A stretch of 64,000 nt of DNA, taken from positions 12,958,001-13,022,000 of the forward strand of contig OX597818.1 in assembly GCA_951406725.2 (NCBI GenBank), written 5' to 3'. Made by a program: the position numbers and the translations under genes. The notes under the pieces are model-generated. The model was not told the DNA's origin, ran no database searches, and saw only the letters and a program-made list of their open reading frames with translations. Below, in pieces: positions 55,561 through 64,000 of this stretch. The number at the start of each line of letters is the position of its first letter. Position 1 is the stretch's first letter. This stretch comes from Octopus vulgaris. Lineage: Eukaryota.

Positions 55561-55659
55561 CCCAGAAACCATTGATTCACTAATATTTTCTTTCATCAAC
55601 AAAATAACCCAGAAACCATTGGCACGCAGATATTCCATTAGAGCTGAGTGGGGACACTA

Positions 55660-56208
55660 AACTCCCTTGTTTGAAAATATAAGGACGCAAATAGTGCATC
55701 GACAGCCAGCTCAAGACAATGTTTCCTAGGGCTACATAACAGTAACATTCGTCCCAACCAAGACTGCCACATTATGTTATAACCTTTACTCTGGCGTACT
55801 CTTACTGAATGTTTCTCGTTCAGAGATTTAGAAATACTAATTTTTCTATTTATGAGATCAGAGATTGTGTCACTTTGAAAAGTATATATTTCGAACAAGA
55901 GTTTGTGTCACTTTGAAAAGTATATATTTCGAACAAGAGTTTGTGTCACCGTCTCTAGCCGAGAAGTTATTCTGTGCTGATGAAGGGAACAATCCAGAAA
56001 ACATTGGTACACATATATTGCTTTAGATCCCTTGAAAATATACACAAGTAGTGCGTCGATACTCATCTGGAGACGATGTTTCCTGGGACTAAACAGCAGT
56101 AACATTCATCCTAACCAGAAATTCCACATTATGTTGGCAAATAGTCTTTACTCTAGAGTACTATTACTCAATGCTTCTCGTTCAGACATTTAGAAATAAT
56201 AGTTTTTT
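55660..56208 (+). repeat. Diverged ~180-bp direct repeat flanking an exact 38-bp tandem duplication and a hammerhead-like motif
   Basis: 55660-55846 is similar to 56026-56208. TTGTGTCACTTTGAAAAGTATATATTTCGAACAAGAGT occurs twice at 55865-55940. Confidence 0.8.
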
Positions 56209-57783
56209 CCACACACAGACACACACAAACACACACCCATATATGAGTGTGTGTGTATGTGTGCGTGTGTGTGTATCTTCACACACATAAATATGCATGT
56301 ATATATGTGTCTATGTGTATAGAACGGTTAAGTGAGCAAATGTTACGTGAATTAGGCAACAACTGCATCTGGAGAAACCGTGATATTATTCTGCCAATTT
56401 TAATGAAGGCTCTTGAATATTAAAATTATGCATGCCTCTCACAACCTGAAATATAGAAAAGAAACTACAAGATAACCAATTGTTGATTAAAACTCTACTT
56501 GAGAAATATTCATTCAGGAATTTGTTTATCTTCGCTGCTTCTGCATTTAATTAACATCATTAATATACTTGCAGAATGAAACTTCTAATAGTTAGAAAAG
56601 CTACAGATAAACTGTAAACCTTTTAACAAGGATCGGTAACATATAGCTATTGAGGAAAACTCAGCATTATATCTACAATGTTTCCTCCATGCGGCAATGA
56701 TGTGTTGATGTAAATAGGTTTCAAATTTAGGAGAAGCATATGCAAATTCATCAAAGCTTAGAACATATACTGAGATACGAGCTCAAACATCGCTCAGGAA
56801 ATATGATTTACAAGAATCTCTTTACTTGTTACAACTCATGCAGAACGTATGAATTACACACAAAGTTCACGTTACATATATTGTCCATAATTATTAAACA
56901 AAAAATTGACAGAGATATCAAGGAAAATTACTCTCAGCTTTCATAAACATTGTTGTACGCTGTGTCACAAAGCTGTATCAGGTACCGGAGCAAACCCTCG
57001 TAGGAAACAAACAGATTCTTGATGATGAAAATTATAAACATTTTCAACATGAAGATAAGCGAAATATCTAGACTGTATTCCAATAAAGTAATATTATATT
57101 TTATTACGGTAGGACTATAAAATTCATATGAAAAATGTAGGTAAACTAATACGAATATAAAGAAAAATGAAGAAACTATAATTAAATCTATCTACTTAGA
57201 AATCAACAAATTATTTTATGTAAAACAGTTGAATTGAGAAATAGACAAGAAACACTTTTAATGATAAAAGCTAAACAGGGGAAATGAAATGATAAAGGTT
57301 TTATGGCAAATTGTTGAAAGTAAGTCCCAGTTCATGGAAGTAATACTACTAATTAGCGAATATTTAGAACCTCAAGCCATACGAAAAATTTTAATTCTAA
57401 CAATAATAATTTTTTTATAAAATATAACATATACCCAACGTTGAACGAAGTGCTATTGGGAATCAATTGGAACCTGTATTAATAGAAATTTAGAATGTTT
57501 TTGAGCATGAAAAATCAAACATTGTAAATGAGAAGTTTAAAGATGATGATCCGATACAGAAAACAAGAAGGATAATATCAAAAGTAGCCAAAGAACTAAA
57601 GCAGCAATATTTATAGAAAACGAAATTAGAGAACTTATTTATTTATTGTTGTAGGGAATTAGTAATAATGGCTCACCCATCTCATGCGACGGATGGAATA
57701 ACCTAGTGACTATAAGTAAAACGCGTATGTGGAAGGCGGTCAGAGATATTGTCGTGTATTTCTATAGAGCAGGCTTTCTATCA

Positions 57784-57849
57784 GTGTACGCGAGTGTGTA
57801 TTAGTGTGTACGCGAGTGTGTATTGGTGTGTACGCGAGTGTGTATTGGT
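57784..57849. repeat. 22-bp minisatellite, 3 copies
   Basis: GTGTACGCGAGTGTGTATTRGT three times head to tail. Confidence 0.9.
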
Positions 57850-57904
57850 GTGTGTGTGTGTCACTGTTGAAGTCGCTCGTAAACTTGTTTGTGTATATAT
57901 ATTT

Positions 57905-58272
57905 TGGGGGAGGGGGCCAGTCGATTAGATCGACATCAGTGCGCAACTGGTAGTTAATTTATCGGCCAAAAATGATGAAAGGCGAAGTCGAACTCAGCGG
58001 AATTTGAACTTAGAACATAAAGAGACGAAATACCGCTAAACATTTCGCTCGGGGAGCTAAAATTTCTTATCTCTTTATTGCCCACAAGGGGCTAAACATA
58101 GAGGGGACAAACACGGACAGACAAAGGGATTAAGTCGATTACATCGACCCCAGTGCGTAACTGGTGCTTATTTAATCGACCCCGAAAGGATGAAAGGCTA
58201 AGTCGACCTCGGCGGGCGAAATACCTCAAAGCATTTTGTCCAGTGTGCTAACGTTTCTGCCAGCTCGCCGCC
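57905..58272 (-). mobile_element. Two nested or adjacent SINE copies (18.8-kb family)
   Basis: Reverse complement of the 18.8/19.75 kb SINE (TCGACCCCAGTGCGTAACTGG, GGATGAAAGGC, GGAATTTGAACT, GCTAACGTTTCTGCCAGCTCGCC). Confidence 0.85.
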
Positions 58273-59380
58273 TTTTGTTTGTGTATATATTCTTTTCTAC
58301 ATGAGGCACATAACGGACCAACAATGTAACATATAGACCTGACATATACCGGAATCCCATTAGGAAAACTGTAATGAAATTGTTCAAACTAAAATGAATT
58401 AGTACATTTAACCTGAAAATTATACATAACGAAATTGTAGGAAATAAATGGAAATTCAGTAAATGAGTTAAGTTGTAGTAGCAAAACATCAAACCCACCA
58501 GAGGCCGTATTGATTTGTGAAAACATCCCAAAAAGAGACGCAACGGACTCGTGGATACGGGGAATATTTGGTTAAATATGTGTTTATATAATGCTCCGTT
58601 TTATTCAAGCCAGAATAAATGTAAGCGTAAAACAGGCCAGTATATATAACTAAACGTTTCAGGAGATAGAAAGAAAATCGATACATTAAGCAAATGACGT
58701 AAGCTTAATCCTGAGAACTTTACAAAGATGGCGTAGTACAACTATGGATTGGATCAGTACACAAAGCGGTGATGTGGTCCTGCCGCAGGAAATATGTCAC
58801 AAAAACTGATGATTGTTATGATTTTCCTATTTCATGCCTAGCGGAGTACAACATTTCAGGCGAAGAAAGAGAAAGGAATGCATACATCAAAAATCGAAGG
58901 AATGAATGTTTGGCCTAAACACAGTGGAAGCAACCCTTGTAATAGAAGGTCTCAAGTGACACAAAAAAAAGAGTGCAATAAACTAGCACCAGGGCCTGCT
59001 TCAGCACCAAATGCTGTAGATTAGAGGAAAATATGTAATGTGGAAAGTTCTAAGACATTGAAAATATGCATGCGTGATAGGAAAAATATCTATTCCTAAA
59101 AAACTAAAATAACCTACATTATCATTCATGATTTAATATAAACAAATCCTTTGCGATATGAGTGCTCTCGTAGTCATGTTGCAAACTATAATCAGGATAG
59201 GTGGGGAATAAATAGCAAACTGAATGCAGAAATAGGAATTGTTCAATAGAAAGCAAATCGAATGTAAAATCTAACAAATTTGTTAGCATCTTGCAAGCAT
59301 ACGTCCGTTAGTCCCTGTATTCATGCATCCATCTATGCATCCATACATACATACAAACACACATATATACATACCTATAA

Positions 59381-59438
<58 letters not shown>

Positions 59439-59634
59439 TACAAAATTAGAGAATGGAGAAACATACTTAAATCAGTAAAACATCAACTATCCGATGATAC
59501 TCAATCCATACTTTAATACACCATTACATATGAGTAAAGGCAATATATAAAATGAAATGAGATATACAGTAATAGTAAAAGTAAAAAGATAAAGAGATAT
59601 AAGTAAAAAATTTCAAATATAATATGCAAATAAA

Positions 59635-59752
59635 TCAAAACTGACAGCTGTTTCGGCAGTGAGGACAGTCATACCTCATTTAACCTATAAGCCATAAAGG
59701 CAGGTATAAATGAGGCATTAACAAGGATGCCCCACGGCCTCTTCAGAGAATT
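59635..59752 (-). ncRNA. Type I hammerhead ribozyme with ~85-nt stem II hairpin
   Basis: Minus strand: TCT-CTGAAGA-GGC[CGTGGGGCA...ATGCCTCATTTA..ACCT-GCC-TTTAT-GGC..AGGT-TAAATGAGGTAT..TGTCCTCACT]GCC-GAAA-C-AGCT-G-TC-AGG. Canonical CUGANGA/GAAA/GUC core and a palindromic stem III; stem I is short and imperfect. Confidence 0.8.
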
Positions 59753-60087
59753 AAATTAAATTTGTTATAATAGTGAAAAATATTATATAATCATATACAT
59801 ATAAATATAAAAATATAAAAATGTAAAATATAAAAACTTATACATCATAATGCTACACTTATATAATATAATACACATTTGTACAAAAAGGAAGGTAAAC
59901 AGAACAATATAAAACAAAATATATAACAGTGTATATATTAATATTAATAAGTACCGATATTATACATATTTGGCTAATAGTTTTTTTTATAAAAAAAGGG
60001 CTAACACATATGGAGATGAAAAATAATAATTAAATCCGTGGTACAGTTCATAAAATTCTAAAGCTATAAAAGTTAATAAAAATTACT

Positions 60088-60131
<44 letters not shown>

Positions 60132-61864
60132 TAATAATAATAAAAAAATACTAAAAATAGATACAGTTAAGTTAGCACCAAGTCCATCCTTTCAAGATCG
60201 AAATAACTATGAGTTAAGAAATGCTGACCACTAGGTAAAGAAAATTTAGATTAATTCGATTGGCTATTGGTTTGAAATTTAAATCACAAAAGAAAATTAT
60301 ACGGTTGGTTAGTCAAGGAACGCCAATATTCACACACGCATCTACAGATCAATCGCACATACACACATAGTTATATGTATATACATACACTTATACACAT
60401 ACATATTAACAAGCAACAACTAGCACTTAGATAAACAAAAAAGGGAAGCAACTATGCTAACATTTAGTCCTTCAAAATTATAACTGAGCCTTAATAACAA
60501 AAAAAGAACCATCCATGCATTCTATAAAATATTTAATTTAGATATAAATATATTTTTAAATATCAGTATGTTACTAATTCAGATAATTATTTCATGGGTA
60601 ACTTAAAATTTATAACACCGGTTTGTTACAGAGTAAACATACGGTTGTTAGGTTTATCGTAAGTTTGTTATGATTTTAAGTACGCTAAATTATAAAATAT
60701 AAAATATAAAATATATATTAATTTAAATATTATAAATAAGTCACTTATTAACTTAATAAATATAGTGCCATAATATACCAGTTTAGGCATTAAAGAATAG
60801 AAGGGGAAGTATTAATGTAAACGCTTATGAGAACATCACAGAAATTTTAAATAAATTTTATATTATAAAGACTTAAGATGAAAAGAGATAAAATAAATAA
60901 GAAGGAATAAATACGAAGGAATAAATACGGTTGTACACATAATTATAAGCACAAACTAGTATATATGTATTCATATATTATTAAAATTAAATACAAATAA
61001 ATGATAGATATGTATGTATAAAACTACACCAGTATAAGTAAACAAGTAAAAAATAAATAGGTAACAAATTAGATGACTTGATATGTATGTAAACATCTAC
61101 ACTTAAATAGGCAAATAAATAAATGAATAGAAGACTAGATGCAAAGATTGATAATATTACAATAAAATGGGAAATAAATAAAAATAAATAAAGTGAATAT
61201 ATATTTTTTATATATATTTTATATTGTTGAAAGTAAAAATGTATGGAAGGATAGTTTAAAGTACAGATCCAGAGGACTATAGATATAAACTAAATATATG
61301 AGGCTGGTAATAATTATAAAGCAAAATGCATGTAAATGAGAAAATGAAAAAGGTTTATCAGTGAATAGCATAAGATACAAATTAAGGTGAGTACAAAAAG
61401 ACCAAATATATAATAAAAACCTTCCAAATAAACACATACAAAAAACCTATAATCTCAACCTAAACCCACCAAACTCATAAAAGGCTCTCATATATTACAT
61501 ATTATACAATATCATTACATTATCTAGAGCTAGGTATCTAATCAAGATATACATATATACTATGCAATATACTATGCAATATTGGAAAACTTCAAAAATC
61601 ACACATTACAAGGCAAATACCAAAATGAATATGCTATTTTATGTCATATTGCATTTCACTTAAAAAAAACAAACAAAAACCCACATACAAAAATCAAGGA
61701 ACCAAAAATACTAGACACATCCATTAATTATTATACAAATGTAGCTATAAAACTTATAAAATTATGAAATTTATAAATTGTATACTTTAGAATTATAGAG
61801 GACCACAGGTATATTTAGTTAAAGAAGGGAATTAAAAAATTAATAATAGTGGAAGTGCTAAGTT

Positions 61865-63058
61865 CTATTTGAATCTAGAAAAGGTGAACGGTAGCCTATG
61901 AATACAAAATAAGTTTTTCTCATTAATGTTGTTAATAATTTGCCGACCCGCTTTAATAATGAAGAAAATTTCATTAATACATAGAGAGCATTTTTTATTT
62001 TTTCCATTATACACAGGTGCTGAAGTTAGTATTTTCCAGTTTAATCTAAAATCTAAGTTCTTACTTTTAAGTTCCCAAATGTATGCACTTAGCCCTGTAG
62101 AGTACATTCTATTTTTATTCCTAAAAGTATATCTGTGATAATTCCATCTTTGTTTTATGCTATTCATAGTTGCACCGATATACACCCTACTACTCAATTG
62201 TGTATCTACAGTGCATTGGTAAACTACCTCCTTCCTGAGGCATTGATTACCAAATACACATTTATTTTTATTTCTGCAATTACAAAGATTAACAGAATGA
62301 GGAAATCTAAGATTGGACACCACCCCTATACTACTATTCATATTATAAGTGTTACAATTGTTATCATCATCCAAACCCAAAATCAACGAATGAGTTAATT
62401 TCACATTATCGGCTATATTTCTATCACTAGTACTAGTATTGGTTGTAGTAGTATGATCTATTACATTTATATTATCTCTGACAGGTATGGTGCACTCATT
62501 ATTAGTAAGGAGGTTGTTCCCATTTGTTCCAAGAAAATTTCTATTCCTATTATTAATGAAGAGGGGCAAGTTATCCTGGTCTAAATTCAATTTTCTATCC
62601 TTATAGAAGTGATCCAGTTTCTTGTTATTAAAAGAGGAGATAATGGTGGCTAGATTATGAGTAATGCTATATCCCACTCTAACAGTACCGTTGTTAATTA
62701 AAGGACTAAATTTATTCCTATCCTTACCAAAATGCCTAAAAATAACATTATGCAAAGCTCTCACTATGTTTGTTTTAATCTGCATTGCATACGGGATAAT
62801 CAACCAAAGAGTATCCTTATCAGAATTAGGATTGCCTATAGAATTAATGTTATTTGTGAAAATCCTATTCGTAGACCAACTCATAGGATTACTATTCTTA
62901 CCACTGTTATTATTATATCTATCTATATCAATATTACCATGGTTATTGCGCAAGTAAACTTTACCATTATCATGTCTACCATAAGTTTTAATTCGTATAT
63001 TATTATTAATATTACTACTATTACCCGTATGCTTAGATCTATTTGAGCTACCGTTCAC
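61865..63058 (-). CDS. PLE polyprotein C-terminal part: Asn-rich linkers, Cys-rich motif and GIY-YIG endonuclease
   Basis: WLIIPYAMQIKTNI...RHF...TVRVGYSITHNLATIISSFNNKKL; CNCRNKNKCVFGNQCLRKEVVYQCTV; VYIGAT..SIKQRWNYHRYTFR...STGLSAYIWELK; CSLCINE; CIHR. The GTG start is probably not real (frameshift continuation). Confidence 0.9.
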   Translation of the reverse strand: MNGSSNRSKHTGNSSNINNNIRIKTYGRHDNGKVYLRNNHGNIDIDRYNNNSGKNSNPMSWSTNRIFTNNINSIGNPNSDKDTLWLIIPYAMQIKTNIVRALHNVIFRHFGKDRNKFSPLINNGTVRVGYSITHNLATIISSFNNKKLDHFYKDRKLNLDQDNLPLFINNRNRNFLGTNGNNLLTNNECTIPVRDNINVIDHTTTTNTSTSDRNIADNVKLTHSLILGLDDDNNCNTYNMNSSIGVVSNLRFPHSVNLCNCRNKNKCVFGNQCLRKEVVYQCTVDTQLSSRVYIGATMNSIKQRWNYHRYTFRNKNRMYSTGLSAYIWELKSKNLDFRLNWKILTSAPVYNGKNKKCSLCINEIFFIIKAGRQIINNINEKNLFCIHRLPFTFSRFK

Positions 63059-63324
63059 CTTTCAAGGTTAACGTCACTTCCACATTTATTATAGGTGTTA
63101 TCATATATTCTATTTTTACTATTCTTATGTATATTGTTGATTATCCTAAATCTATTTGTGTTGTTCCTGATAGTTCTACCTCCATTAGGGGTTCCCCTTA
63201 GGTATAAACCAAATCTTACTTTTATATCCTGCCTTAAGTAATGCTGTATTGTATCTATCACAGTGTTTGTTAAAAATTTCCTCGTTTGAGGATAAACTAG
63301 AAATTCTCTGACTAATGCTACGCA
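63059..63324 (-). pseudogene. Frameshifted RT thumb region bridging the two PLE ORFs
   Basis: An alternative frame after NHPP gives (Q)IKNALVRSISQRISSLSSNEEIFNKHCDRYNTALLKAGY, the typical PLE RIS.LSS.E..F...Y..AL..SGY block. Confidence 0.85.
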
Positions 63325-63999
63325 CTAGTGCATTTTTAATTTGGGGGGGTGATTACTAGAACGGTTAATGTATATTAGGTTAGAATTAGGTTTAATATAG
63401 GGTTCATGTAAACCATTAGTAATGTTACAATTAACATCTAAATAATTAGCAGAATAATTTTCACTTTCAATGATAATGGATAGGCCGAAGCTTTTAAAAA
63501 ATTTATTTATTCTTTTTTTCAGAAGATCTAATCTCCTATTTGATGTATTCCTAACACAAAATAAGGCGTCATCCCTGTATAATCCACCTTTTAATTCAGG
63601 GAATTCCCTACTAAAGTTATCTAATAGATACATCCCAACTAGATCAGTCACCTCCGCTGAGTCCGGCGATCCCATTGTGATATCGAACAAGTTGGGTGTG
63701 TCCTTTCTAGCCCAAAGTTTATTATCAAACTCTATTAAAGTTTTCCTGGCTGTTAGTATAACCTTAATCTCCCCCATACTTAGTTTAGTGTGTTTTCTAG
63801 CAAAAATTAAGGACTTATTTAATATAATAGGGTTAATTGAAGTGTAATAATTCTGTATATCGAATTGTATAAATTTATTTCTATTATAGCTAAAGTTGTT
63901 ACTGTCACAGACCTTAATGGTAGAAAACCAATCCAAAGCACCCTGAGTATTCTTCCAAAGGTTTAGTTTGATTTTATTGCGGATGGTGGGTAGATATTT
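63325..63999 (-). CDS. PLE reverse transcriptase (partial, open to window edge)
   Basis: LNLWKNTQGALDWF, FIQFDIQNYYTSI, FDITMGSPDSAEVTDLVG, GLYRDDAL, NYLDV, YIKPN...YINRSSNHPP: the Naiad-type RT signature with YRDD. Confidence 0.92.
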   Translation of the reverse strand, partial: KYLPTIRNKIKLNLWKNTQGALDWFSTIKVCDSNNFSYNRNKFIQFDIQNYYTSINPIILNKSLIFARKHTKLSMGEIKVILTARKTLIEFDNKLWARKDTPNLFDITMGSPDSAEVTDLVGMYLLDNFSREFPELKGGLYRDDALFCVRNTSNRRLDLLKKRINKFFKSFGLSIIIESENYSANYLDVNCNITNGLHEPYIKPNSNLIYINRSSNHPPKLKMH

Positions 64000-64000
64000 A

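Larger units (their letters stand above)
59438..64000 (-). mobile_element. Naiad-type Penelope-like retroelement (RT + GIY-YIG + long 3' region with hammerhead); 5' part is beyond the window
   Basis: RT and GIY-YIG ORFs are colinear on the minus strand, followed by a ~2.4-kb AT-rich 3' region with a hammerhead near its end. The terminus abuts (TA)n at 59384-59437. Confidence 0.92.

Noticed and set aside
55865-55949. 38-bp exact repeat as a CRISPR repeat
   Set aside because: Simple tandem duplication with no spacer.
57784-57849. 22-bp repeat x3 as a CRISPR-like array
   Set aside because: Head-to-tail with no spacers, derived from (GT)n, in a eukaryotic context.
63055-63057. TGA between the PLE ORFs as a possible selenocysteine codon (some Naiads encode selenoproteins)
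   Set aside because: It lies in a non-conserved linker, read-through stays in a frame that hits TAG about 44 codons later, and all conserved Cys positions use TGY codons. A 1-nt homopolymer slip explains it.
61926-63847. Plus-strand ORFs (61926, 62135, 62664, 62732, 63470)
   Set aside because: Antisense shadows of the PLE coding strand with no recognisable motifs.

Overview
This is AT-rich, microsatellite-saturated eukaryotic (animal) DNA, not prokaryotic. The tRNA-derived SINEs and repeat landscape resemble an Octopus-like cephalopod genome (inference from recalled repeat families). I cannot confidently identify any host gene; there are only two weak candidate + strand exons. The window is largely decayed transposons: SINEs, R4/NeSL-type, RTE, CR1-like and Tx1-like LINE remnants, mariner and hATm remnants, a Merlin-like element with an 8-bp TSD, and Helitron/Helentron-type non-autonomous elements. 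The dominant signal is Penelope-like retroelements (PLEs) of the Naiad type. A near-intact RT + GIY-YIG element runs off the right edge (59.4-64 kb), broken only by three single-base slips in homopolymers. There is also a head-to-head inverted GIY-YIG copy (32.9-34.4 kb), an older GIY-YIG remnant (3.1-4.1 kb), and several small asymmetric palindromes with degenerate hammerhead cores, mostly in or next to (TA)n or (TAA)n tracts. Two divergent Naiad families carry type I hammerhead ribozymes whose stem II is expanded into a long hairpin. All alignments and folds were done by eye and coordinates of degenerate elements are approximate.
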